Shown here: positions 52,518 to 64,000 of the stretch, one piece after another
Layout of the letters: every line of letters starts with the position of its first letter
Numbering within the stretch: position 1 is the first letter of the stretch
Origin: the human T2T-CHM13v2.0 reference genome, Homo sapiens
Length of the DNA stretch: 64,000 nucleotides
Strand: one strand, 5' to 3'
NCBI RefSeq assembly: GCF_009914755.1
Contig: NC_060930.1
Position numbers and translations under genes: made by a program
The notes under the pieces: model-generated
What the model saw: only the letters and a program-made list of their open reading frames with translations
Told to the model about the DNA's origin: nothing
The model's database searches: none

Positions 52518-55500
52518 TCTTGTAGTAGCTGCAAGTGGATATTTGGACCTATTGGAGGCCTTCTTTGGAAATGGGATTTCTTCATGTAACTCTAGATTGA
52601 AGAATTCTCAGAAACTCCTTTGTGATGTGTGCATTCAATTCAAAGAGTGAAACCTCCCTTTTCACAGAGCAGTTTTGAAACACTGTTTTTGTAGGATTTC
52701 CAAGGGGATATTTATAGCGCATTGAGCCTACGGCGGAAAAAGAAACATCTTCCTATAAAAACTAGACAGAATACTTCTCAGAATCTGCTTTGCGATGTGT
52801 GCGTTCAACTCACAGAGTAAAACTTTTCTTTTGATAGAGCAGTTTTGAAACACTCTTTTTGTAGTATTTGCATGTGTATATTTAGAGCGCATTGAAGCCC
52901 ACAGTAGAAAAGGAAATAACTTCACCTAAAACCTAGACAGAAGCAATCTCAGAAACTACTTTGTGATGTGTACATTCAACTCACAGAGTGGAACTTTCCT
53001 CTTTATAGAGCAGTGTTGAAACACTCTTTTTGTAGAAACTGCAAGTGGATATTTGGACCTCTTTGAGGCCTTCGTTGGAAACGGGATTTCTTCCTATAAC
53101 CCTAGACAGAAGAATTTTCAGAAACCTCATTGTGATGTGTGCGTTCATCTCACAGAGTGGAGTCTTCCGTTTGATAGAGAAGTTTTGAAACCCTGTTCTT
53201 GTAGGATTTCCAAGTGGATATTTAGACCACTTTGAAGCCTATGATAGAAAAGGAAACATCTTCATGGAAAACATAGATAGAATCATCCTCAGAAACAACT
53301 TTGTGATGTGTGCATTGAACTCAACGTCTTTAACCTTTCTTTTGGTAGAGAAGTTTTGAAACACTCTCTTTGTAAAGTCTACAAGTGGATATTTTGAGCC
53401 CTTGGAGGCATTCTTTGGAAAAGGGAATGTCTTCACATAAAAGGCAGACGGAAGTGTTCTCAGAAACTGCTTTGTGATGTCTGTGTTCAACTCACAGAGT
53501 TTAACATTTCCTTTGATAGAGCGGTTTAGTAACCCTCTCTTTGTAGAATTTGGAAGTGTATACTAAGAGCGCTTTGAGGCCTATGGTAGAAAAGGAAATA
53601 TCTTTCCATAAAAGCTAGACAGAAGCAATCTCAGAAACTCCTTTGCGATGTCTGCATTCAACTCACCGAGTGGAACATTCCTCTTGAGAGAGCAGTTTGG
53701 AAACACTCTTTCTGTAGAATCAGCTTGTTTGTATTTGGACCTCCTTGAGGCCTTCGTTGGAAACGGGTTTTCATCTTATAAACCCAGACAGAAGAATTCT
53801 CAGAGTCTTCTTTGTGATGTGTGCTTTCAACTCACCGAGATAAAGATTTCTCTTGATAGAGCAATTTGGAAACACTCTTTTTGTAGAATTTGCAAGGGTA
53901 CATTGAGAGCGCTTTCAGGCCTATGGTAGAAAAGGGAATATCTTTCCATAAAAGGTAGACAGAAGCAATCTCAGAAACTACTTTGTGATGTGTGCATTCA
54001 ACTCACCGAGTGCAACGTTCCTCTTGACCGAGCAGTTTGGAAACATTGTTTCTGTAGAATCTGCAAGTGGATATTTGGACCTCTTTGAGGCCTTCGTTGG
54101 AAACGGGATTTCTTCCTATAAACCCAGACAGAAGAATTCTCAGAGACTTCTTTGTGATGTGTGAATTCAACTCACAGTGTGGATCCTTCCTTTTGATAGA
54201 GCAGTTTTGAAACCCTGTTTTTGTAGTATTTCCAAGCGGATATTTGGAACGCCTTGAAGCGTATGGTAGAAAAGGAAATATCTTCCCATAAAACCTAGAC
54301 AGAACCAATCTCAGAAACGACTTTGTGATGTCTGCATTCAACTCACAGAGTTGAACATTTCTCTTGATAGAGCAGTTTTGAAACCCTCTTTCTGAAGGAT
54401 CTGCAAGTGGATATTTGGAACTCCTTTGGGTCTTCGTTGGAAACGGGATTTCTTCGTATAAATCTAGACAGAAGAATTCTCCGAAACTTCTTTGGTTGTG
54501 TGCATTCAAGTCACAGAGTGGAACCTTCCTTTGGATAGAGCAGTTTGAAACGCCGTGGTTGTAGTATTTCCAAGCGGATATTAGAGCGCCTTGAGGCCTA
54601 TGGTAGAAAAGGAAATATCTTCCCATAAAACCTAGACGGAAGCAATCTCAGAAACTACTGTGTGATGGCTGCATTCCACACACACGGTGGAACATTTCTC
54701 TTGATAGAGCAGTTTTGAAACACTCTTTCTGTAGAATCTGCAAGTGGATAATTGGACCGCCTTGAGGCCTTCGTTGGAAACGGGATTTCTTCATGTTACT
54801 CTAGATAGAAGAATTCTCAAACACTGCTATGTGATGTTTGCATTCAAGTCACAGAGTGCAACATTCCTCTTGGTAGAGCAGTTGGGAAACACTCCTTTTG
54901 TAGAATCTGCAATGGGATATTTGGACTTCTTTGAGGCCTTCGTTGGAAACGGGATTTCTTCGTATGAATCTAGACAGAAGAATTCTCAGAAACTTCCTTG
55001 TGATGTGTGCATTCAACTCAGCGAGTGGCACCTTCCTTTGGATACAGCAGTTTTGAAACACTGTTTTTGTAGTATTTCCAAGCGGATATTTAGAGCGCCT
55101 TGAAGCCTATGCTAGAAATGGAAATATCTCCCCATAAAACCAAGACAGAAGCAATCTCAGAAACTAATGTGTGATGGCTGCATTCCACACACACGGTGGA
55201 CCATTTCTCTTGATAGAGCAGTTTTGAAACACTCTTTCTGTAGAATCTGCAAGTGGATAATTGGACCTCCTAGAGGCCTTCGTTGGAAACGGGATTTCTT
55301 CATCTAAACCTACAGAGAAGAATTCTCAGTAACTTCTTCGGATGTGTGCATTCGACGCACAGAATGGAACATTCCCTTTGATAGAGCAGTTTTGAGACAC
55401 CGTTTTTGTAGAATTCCCAAGTGGATATTTAGAGCACTTTGAAGTCTCTGCTAGAAAAGGAAACATCTTCATGTAAAAAGTAGATAGAATCGTTCTCAGA

Positions 55501-55574
55501 AAGTGCTTAGTGACGTGTGCGTTCAACTCACAGAGTTTAACGTTTCTTTTGATAGAGCGTTTCTGAAACACCCT
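52518..55574 (+). repeat. HOR unit U20, 18-mer (L)
   Basis: Period 3057. Confidence 0.95.
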
Positions 55575-58125
55575 TCTTGTAGTAGCTGCAAGTGGATATT
55601 TGGACCTATTGGAGGCCTTCTTTGGAAATGGGATTTCTTCATGTAACTCTAGATTGAAGAGTTCTCAGAAACTCCTTTGTGATGTGTGCATTCAATTCAA
55701 AGAGTGAAACCTCCCTTTTCACAGAGCAGTTTTGAAACACTGTTTTTGTAGGATTTCCAAGGGGATATTTATAGCGCATTGAGCCTACGGCGGAAAAAGA
55801 AACATCTTCCTATAAAAACTAGACAGAATACTTCTCAGAATCTGCTTTGCGATGTGTGCGTTCAACTCACAGAGTAAAACTTTTCTTTTGATAGAGCAGT
55901 TTTGAAACACTCTTTTTGTAGTATTTGCATGTGTATATTTAGAGCGCATTGAAGCCCACAGTAGAAAAGGAAATAACTTCACCTAAAACCTAGACAGAAG
56001 CAATCTCAGAAACTACTTTGTGATGTGTACATTCAACTCACAGAGTGGAACTTTCCTCTTTATAGAGCAGTGTTGAAACACTCTTTTTGTAGAAACTGCA
56101 AGTGGATATTTGGACCTCTTTGAGGCCTTCGTTGGAAACGGGATTTCTTCCTATAACCCTAGACAGAAGAATTTTCAGAAACCTCATTGTGATGTGTGCG
56201 TTCATCTCACAGAGTGGAGTCTTCCGTTTGATAGAGAAGTTTTGAAACCCTGTTCTTGTAGGATTTCCAAGTGGATATTTAGACCACTTTGAAGCCTATG
56301 ATAGAAAAGGAAACATCTTCATGGAAAACATAGATAGAATCATCCTCAGAAACAACTTTGTGATGTGTGCGTTGAACTCACCGTCTTTAACCTTTCTTTT
56401 GGTAGAGAAGTTTTGAAACACTCTCTTTGTAAAGTCTACAAGTGGATATTTTGAGCCCTTGGAGGCATTCTTTGGAAAAGGGAATGTCTTCACATAAAAG
56501 GCAGACGGAAGTGTTCTCAGAAACTGCTTTGTGATGTCTGTGTTCAACTCACAGAGTTTAACATTTCCTTTGATAGAGCGGTTTAGTAACCCTCTCTTTG
56601 TAGAATTTGGAAGTGTATACTAAGAGCGCTTTGAGGCCTATGGTAGAAAAGGAAATATCTTTCCATAAAAGCTAGACAGAAGCAATCTCAGAAACTCCTC
56701 TGTGATGTCTGCATTCAACTCACCGAGTGGAACATTCCTCTTGAGAGAGCAGTTTGGAAACACTCTTTCTGTAGAATCAGCTTGTTTGTATTTGGACCTC
56801 CTTGAGGCCTTCGTTGGAAACGGGTTTTCATCTTATAAACCCAGACAGAAGAATTCTCAGAGTCTTCTTTGTGATGTGTGCTTTCAACTCACCGAGATAA
56901 AGATTTCTCTTGATAGAGCAATTTGGAAACACTCTTTTTGTAGAATTTGCAAGGGTACATTGAGAGCGCTTTCAGGCCTATGGTAGAAAAGGGAATATCT
57001 TTCCATAAAAGGTAGACAGAAGCAATCTCAGAAACTACTTTGTGATGTGTGCATTCAACTCACCGAGTGCAACGTTCCTCTTGACCGAGCAGTTTGGAAA
57101 CATTGTTTCTGTAGAATCTGCAAGTGGATATTTGGACCTCTTTGAGGCCTTCGTTGGAAACGGGATTTCTTCCTATAAACCCAGACAGAAGAATTCTCAG
57201 AGACTTCTTTGTGATGTGTGAATTCAACTCACAGTGTGGATCCTTCCTTTTGATAGAGCAGTTTTGAAACCCTGTTTTTGTAGTATTTCCAAGCGGATAT
57301 TTGGAACGCCTTGAAGCGTATGGTAGAAAAGGAAATATCTTCCCATAAAACCTAGACAGAACCAATCTCAGAAACGACTTTGTGATGTCTGCATTCAAGT
57401 CACAGAGTTGAACATTTCTCTTGATAGAGCAGTTTTGAAACCCTCTTTCTGAAGGATCTGCAAGTGGATATTTGGAACTCCTTTGGGTCTTCGTTGGAAA
57501 CGGGATTTCTTCGTATAAATCTAGACAGAAGAATTCTCAGAAACTTCCTTGTGATGTGTGCATTCAACTCAGCGAGTGGCACCTTCCTTTGGATACAGCA
57601 GTTTTGAAACACTGTTTTTGTAGTATTTCCAAGCGGATATTTAGAGCGCCTTGAAGCCTATGCTAGAAATGGAAATATCTCCCCATAAAACCAAGACGGA
57701 AGCAATCTCAGAAACTAATGTGTGATGGCTGCATTCCACACACACGGTGGACCATTTCTCTTGATAGAGCAGTTTTGAAACACTCTTTCTGTAGAATCTG
57801 CAAGTGGATAATTGGACCTCCGAGAGGCCTTCGTTGGAAACGGGATTTCTTCATCTAAACCTACAGAGAAGTATTCTCAGTAACTTCTTCGGATGTGTGC
57901 ATTCGACGCACAGAATGGAACATTCCCTTTGATAGAGCAGTTTTGAGACACCGTTTTTGTAGAATTCCCAAGTGGATATTTAGAGCACTTTGAAGTCTCT
58001 GCTAGAAAAGGAAACATCATCATGTAAAAAGTAGATAGAATCGTTCTCAGAAAGTGCTTAGTGTCGTGTGCGTTCAACTCACAGAGTTTAACGTTTCTTT
58101 TGATAGAGCGTTTCTGAAACACCCT
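55575..58125 (+). repeat. HOR unit U21, 15-mer (S)
   Basis: Period 2551. Confidence 0.95.
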
Positions 58126-60676
58126 TCTTGTAGTAGCTGCAAGTGGATATTTGGACCTATTGGAGGCCTTCTTTGGAAATGGGATTTCTTCATGTAACTC
58201 TAGATTGAAGAATTCTCAGAAACTCCTTTGTGATGTGTGCATTCAATTCAAAGAGTGAAACCTCCCTTTTCACAGAGCAGTTTTGAAACACTGTTTTTGT
58301 AGGATTTCCAAGGGGATATTTATAGCGCATTGAGCCTACGGCGGAAAAAGAAACATCTTCCTATAAAAACTAGAGAGAATACTTCTCAGAATCTGCTTTG
58401 CGATGTGTGCGTTCAACTCACAGAGTAAAACTTTTCTTTTGATAGAGCAGTTTTGAAACACTCTTTTTGTAGTATTTGCATGTGTATATTTAGAGCGCAT
58501 TGAAGCCCACAGTAGAAAAGGAAATAACTTCACCTAAAACCTAGACAGAAGCAATCTCAGAAACTACTTTGTGATGTGTACATTCAACTCACAGAGTGGA
58601 ACTTTCCTCTTTATAGAGCAGTGTTGAAACACTCTTTTTGTAGAAACTGCAAGTGGATATTTGGACCTCTTTGAGGCCTTCGTTGGAAACGGGATTTCTT
58701 CCTATAACCCTAGACAGAAGAATTTTCAGAAACCTCATTGTGATGTGTGCGTTCATCTCACAGAGTGGAGTCTTCCGTTTGATAGAGAAGTTTTGAAACC
58801 CTGTTCTTGTAGGATTTCCAAGTGGATATTTAGACCACTTTGAAGCCTATGATAGAAAAGGAAACATCTTCATGGAAAACATAGATAGAATCATCCTCAG
58901 AAACAACTTTGTGATGTGTGCGTTGAACTCACCGTCTTTAACCTTTCTTTTGGTAGAGAAGTTTTGAAACACTCTCTTTGTAAAGTCTACAAGTGGATAT
59001 TTTGAGCCCTTGGAGGCATTCTTTGGAAAAGGGAATGTCTTCACATAAAAGGCAGACGGAAGTGTTCTCAGAAACTGCTTTGTGATGTCTGTGTTCAACT
59101 CACAGAGTTTAACATTTCCTTTGATAGAGCGGTTTAGTAACCCTCTCTTTGTAGAATTTGGAAGTGTATACTAAGAGCGCTTTGAGGCCTATGGTAGAAA
59201 AGGAAATATCTTTCCATAAAAGCTAGACAGAAGCAATCTCAGAAACTCCTCTGTGATGTCTGCATTCAACTCACCGAGTGGAACATTCCTCTTGAGAGAG
59301 CAGTTTGGAAACACTCTTTCTGTAGAATCAGCTTGTTTGTATTTGGACCTCCTTGAGGCCTTCGTTGGAAACGGGTTTTCATCTTATAAACCCAGACAGA
59401 AGAATTCTCAGAGTCTTCTTTGTGATGTGTGCTTTCAACTCACCGAGATAAAGATTTCTCTTGATAGAGCAATTTGGAAACACTCTTTTTGTAGAATTTG
59501 CAAGGGTACATTGAGAGCGCTTTCAGGCCTATGGTAGAAAAGGGAATATCTTTCCATAAAAGGTAGACAGAAGCAATCTCAGAAACTACTTTGTGATGTG
59601 TGCATTCAACTCACCGAGTGCAACGTTCCTCTTGACCGAGCAGTTTGGAAACATTGTTTCTGTAGAATCTGCAAGTGGATATTTGGACCTCTTTGAGGCC
59701 TTCGTTGGAAACGGGATTTCTTCCTATAAACCCAGACAGAAGAATTCTCAGAGACTTCTTTGTGATGTGTGAATTCAACTCACAGTGTGGATCCTTCCTT
59801 TTGATAGAGCAGTTTTGAAACCCTGTTTTTGTAGTATTTCCAAGCGGATATTTGGAACGCCTTGAAGCGTATGGTAGAAAAGGAAATATCTTCCCATAAA
59901 ACCTAGACAGAACCAATCTCAGAAACGACTTTGTGATGTCTGCATTCAAGTCACAGAGTTGAACATTTCTCTTGATAGAGCAGTTTTGAAACCCTCTTTC
60001 TGAAGGATCTGCAAGTGGATATTTGGAACTCCTTTGGGTCTTCGTTGGAAACGGGATTTCTTCGTATAAATCTAGACAGAAGAATTCTCAGAAACTTCCT
60101 TGTGATGTGTGCATTCAACTCAGCGAGTGGCACCTTCCTTTGGATACAGCAGTTTTGAAACACTGTTTTTGTAGTATTTCCAAGCGGATATTTAGAGCGC
60201 CTTGAAGCCTATGCTAGAAATGGAAATATCTCCCCATAAAACCAAGACGGAAGCAATCTCAGAAACTAATGTGTGATGGCTGCATTCCACACACACGGTG
60301 GACCATTTCTCTTGATAGAGCAGTTTTGAAACACTCTTTCTGTAGAATCTGCAAGTGGATAATTGGACCTCCGAGAGGCCTTCGTTGGAAACGGGATTTC
60401 TTCATCTAAACCTACAGAGAAGTATTCTCAGTAACTTCTTCGGATGTGTGCATTCGACGCACAGAATGGAACATTCCCTTTGATAGAGCAGTTTTGAGAC
60501 ACCGTTTTTGTAGAATTCCCAAGTGGATATTTAGAGCACTTTGAAGTCTCTGCTAGAAAAGGAAACATCATCATGTAAAAAGTAGATAGAATCGTTCTCA
60601 GAAAGTGCTTAGTGTCGTGTGCGTTCAACTCACAGAGTTTAACGTTTCTTTTGATAGAGCGTTTCTGAAACACCCT
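58126..60676 (+). repeat. HOR unit U22, 15-mer (S)
   Basis: Period 2551. Confidence 0.95.
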
Positions 60677-63600
60677 TCTTGTAGTAGCTGCAAGTGGATA
60701 TTTGGACCTATTGGAGGCCTTCTTTGGAAATGGGATTTCTTCATGTAACTCTAGATTGAAGAATTCTCAGAAACTCCTTTGTGATGTGTGCATTCAATTC
60801 AAAGAGTGAAACCTCCCTTTTCACAGAGCAGTTTTGAAACACTGTTTTTGTAGGATTTCCAAGGGGATATTTATAGCGCATTGAGCCTACGGCGGAAAAA
60901 GAAACATCTTCCTATAAAAACTAGAGAGAATACTTCTCAGAATCTGCTTTGCGATGTGTGCGTTCAACTCACAGAGTAAAACTTTTCTTTTGATAGAGCA
61001 GTTTTGAAACACTCTTTTTGTAGTATTTGCATGTGTATATTTAGAGCGCATTGAAGCCCACAGTAGAAAAGGAAATAACTTCACCTAAAACCTAGACAGA
61101 AGCAATCTCAGAAACTACTTTGTGATGTGTACATTCAACTCACAGAGTGGAACTTTCCTCTTTATAGAGCAGTGTTGAAACACTCTTTTTGTAGAAACTG
61201 CAAGTGGATATTTGGACCTCTTTGAGGCCTTCGTTGGAAACGGGATTTCTTCCTATAACCCTAGACAGAAGAATTTTCAGAAACCTCATTGTGATGTGTG
61301 CGTTCATCTCACAGAGTGGAGTCTTCCGTTTGATAGAGAAGTTTTGAAACCCTGTTCTTGTAGGATTTCCAAGTGGATATTTAGACCACTTTGAAGCCTA
61401 TGATAGAAAAGGAAACATCTTCATGGAAAACATAGATAGAATCATCCTCAGAAACAACTTTGTGATGTGTGCGTTGAACTCACCGTCTTTAACCTTTCTT
61501 TTGGTAGAGAAGTTTTGAAACACTCTCTTTGTAAAGTCTACAAGTGGATATTTTGAGCCCTTGGAGGCATTCTTTGGAAAAGGGAATGTCTTCACATAAA
61601 AGGCAGACGGAAGTGTTCTCAGAAACTGCTTTGTGATGTCTGTGTTCAACTCACAGAGTTTAACATTTCCTTTGATAGAGCGGTTTAGTAACCCTCTCTT
61701 TGTAGAATTTGGAAGTGTATACTAAGAGCGCTTTGAGGCCTATGGTAGAAAAGGAAATATCTTTCCATAAAAGCTAGACAGAAGCAATCTCAGAAACTCC
61801 TTTGCGATGTCTGCATTCAACTCACCGAGTGGAACATTCCTCTTGAGAGAGCAGTTTGGAAACACTCTTTCTGTAGAATCAGCTTGTTTGTATTTGGACC
61901 TCCTTGAGGCCTTCGTTGGAAACGGGTTTTCATCTTATAAACCCAGACAGAAGAATTCTCAGAGTCTTCTTTGTGATGTGTGCTTTCAACTCACCGAGAT
62001 AAAGATTTCTCTTGATAGAGCAATTTGGAAACACTCTTTTTGTAGAATTTGCAAGGGTACATTGAGAGCGCTTTCAGGCCTATGGTAGAAAAGGGAATAT
62101 CTTTCCATAAAAGGTAGACAGAAGCAATCTCAGAAACTACTTTGTGATGTGTGCATTCAACTCACCGAGTGCAACGTTCCTCTTGACCGAGCAGTTTGGA
62201 AACATTGTTTCTGTAGAATCTGCAAGTGGATATTTGGACCTCTTTGAGGCCTTCGTTGGAAACGGGATTTCTTCCTATAAACCCAGACAGAAGAATTCTC
62301 AGAGACTTCTTTGTGATGTGTGAATTCAACTCACAGTGTGGATCCTTCCTTTTGATAGAGCAGTTTTGAAACCCTGTTTTTGTAGTATTTCCAAGCGGAT
62401 ATTTGGAACGCCTTGAAGCGTATGGTAGAAAAGGAAATATCTTCCCATAAAACCTAGACAGAACCAATCTCAGAAACGACTTTGTGATGTCTGCATTCAA
62501 GTCACAGAGTTGAACATTTCTCTTGATAGAGCAGTTTTGAAACCCTCTTTCTGAAGGATCTGCAAGTGGATATTTGGAACTCCTTTGGGTCTTCGTTGGA
62601 AACGGGATTTCTTCGTATAAATCTAGACAGAAGAATTCTCCGAAACTTCTTTGGTTGTGTGCATTCAAGTCACAGAGTGGAACCTTCCTTTGGATAGAGC
62701 AGTTTGAAACGCCGTGGTTGTAGTATTTCCAAGCGGATATTAGAGCGCCTTGAGGCCTATGGTAGAAAAGGAAATATCTTCCCATAAAACCTAGACGGAA
62801 GCAATCTCAGAAACTACTGTGTGATGGCTGCATTCCACACACACGGTGGAACATTTCTCTTGATAGAGCAGTTTTGAAACACTCTTTCTGTAGAATCTGC
62901 AAGTGGATAATTGGACCGCCTTGAGGCCTTCGTTGGAAACGGGATTTCTTCATGTTACTCTAGATAGAAGAATTCTCAAACACTGCTATGTGATGTTTGC
63001 ATTCAAGTCACAGAGTGCAACATTCCTCTTGGTAGAGCAGTTGGGAAACACTCCTTTTGTAGAATCTGCAATGGGATATTTGGACTTCTTTGAGGCCTTC
63101 GTTGGAAACGGGATTTCTTCGTATGAATCTAGACAGAAGAATTCTCAGAAACTTCCTTGTGATGTGTGCATTCAACTCAGCGAGTGGCACCTTCCTTTGG
63201 ATACAGCAGTTTTGAAACACTGTTTTTGTAGTATTTCCAAGCGGATATTTAGAGCGCCTTGAAGCCTATGCTAGAAATGGAAATATCTCCCCATAAAACC
63301 AAGACAGAAGCAATCTCAGAAACTAATGTGTGATGGCTGCATTCCACACACACGGTGGACCATTTCTCTTGATAGAGCAGTTTTGAAACACTCTTTCTGT
63401 AGAATCTGCAAGTGGATAATTGGACCTCCTAGAGGCCTTCGTTGGAAACGGGATTTCTTCATCTAAACCTACAGAGAAGAATTCTCAGTAACTTCTTCGG
63501 ATGTGTGCATTCGACGCACAGAATGGAACATTCCCTTTGATAGAGCAGTTTTGAGACACCGTTTTTGTAGAATTCCCAAGTGGATATTTAGAGCACTTTG

Positions 63601-63733
63601 AAGTCTCTGCTAGAAAAGGAAACATCTTCATGTAAAAAGTAGATAGAATCGTTCTCAGAAAGTGCTTAGTGACGTGTGCGTTCAACTCACAGAGTTTAAC
63701 GTTTCTTTTGATAGAGCGTTTCTGAAACACCCT
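60677..63733 (+). repeat. HOR unit U23, 18-mer (L)
   Basis: Period 3057. Confidence 0.95.
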
Positions 63734-64000
63734 TCTTGTAGTAGCTGCAAGTGGATATTTGGACCTATTGGAGGCCTTCTTTGGAAACGGGATTTCTTCA
63801 TGTAACTCTAGATTGAAGAATTCTCAGAAACTCCTTTGTGATGTGTGCATTCAATTCAAAGAGTGAAACCTCCCTTTTCACAGAGCAGTTTTGAAACACT
63901 GTTTTTGTAGGATTTCCAAGGGGATATTTATAGCGCATTGAGCCTACGGCGGAAAAAGAAACATCTTCCTATAAAAACTAGACAGAATACTTCTCAGAAT
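63734..64000 (+). repeat. HOR unit U24, partial (cut by the window end)
   Basis: Begins TCTTGTAGTAGCTGCAAGTGG as base 1 does; length class cannot be determined. Confidence 0.9.

Larger units (their letters stand above)
1..64000 (+). repeat. D6Z1: Centromeric alpha-satellite HOR array, most likely human chr6 D6Z1 (18-mer HOR plus 15-mer variant)
   Basis: About 170-bp monomer periodicity with alphoid motifs (TTCTCAGAAACT..TTTGTGATGTGTG, GATAGAGCAGTTTTGAAACAC, CENP-B box CTTCGTTGGAAACGGGA). The same ORF recurs at 211, 2762, 5313, 8370 and so on, at steps of only 2551 or 3057 bp. One GGATCC per unit. Alpha-satellite identity is near certain; the chr6 assignment rests on recalled HOR length and BamHI periodicity. 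Confidence 0.93.

Noticed and set aside
211-63730. All short ORFs (60-119 aa) on both strands
   Set aside because: They are chance open frames in alpha-satellite that recur with the HOR. Many start at non-ATG codons, they overlap on opposite strands, and they show no recognisable domain or gene structure.
1-63733. S/L order as a Fibonacci/Sturmian-type or coded pattern
   Set aside because: Both SS and LL occur, so the word is not balanced. The order is explained by nested tandem duplications and one deletion or recombination event.
1-64000. CRISPR-like array (conserved motifs separated by variable sequence)
   Set aside because: The intervening sequences are homologous monomers, not unique spacers. 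There are no cas genes, and the motif is the CENP-B box.
1-64000. Transposon insertion (L1/Alu), inversion or non-alphoid island
   Set aside because: Exact periodicity leaves no room for an insertion, and the CENP-B boxes read on the + strand throughout.

Overview
All 64 kb is primate centromeric alpha-satellite DNA: about 171-bp monomers in higher-order repeats (HORs), head-to-tail in one orientation. I see no genes, transposon insertions, inversions or indels between units. Two HOR forms alternate: an 18-monomer unit of exactly 3057 bp (L, 10 copies) and a 15-monomer unit of exactly 2551 bp (S, 13 copies) that lacks one 506-bp three-monomer block. The order from base 1 is S S L S L S L L S L S S L S S L S L S L S S L, followed by a partial unit. 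The 3057-bp 18-mer, the single BamHI site per unit and the dimeric A/B monomer pattern with CENP-B boxes fit the human chromosome 6 active array D6Z1; this is from recall, not a database search. All listed ORFs are chance frames repeated with the HOR. I find no new protein-coding system. The interesting content is array evolution, read from diagnostic SNPs by eye: one shared deletion junction, CENP-B spacing changed by that deletion, nested 5608-bp and 8159-bp tandem duplications, a recombinant unit, two S lineages and a divergent 3-kb patch. Unit boundaries are phased arbitrarily to base 1.
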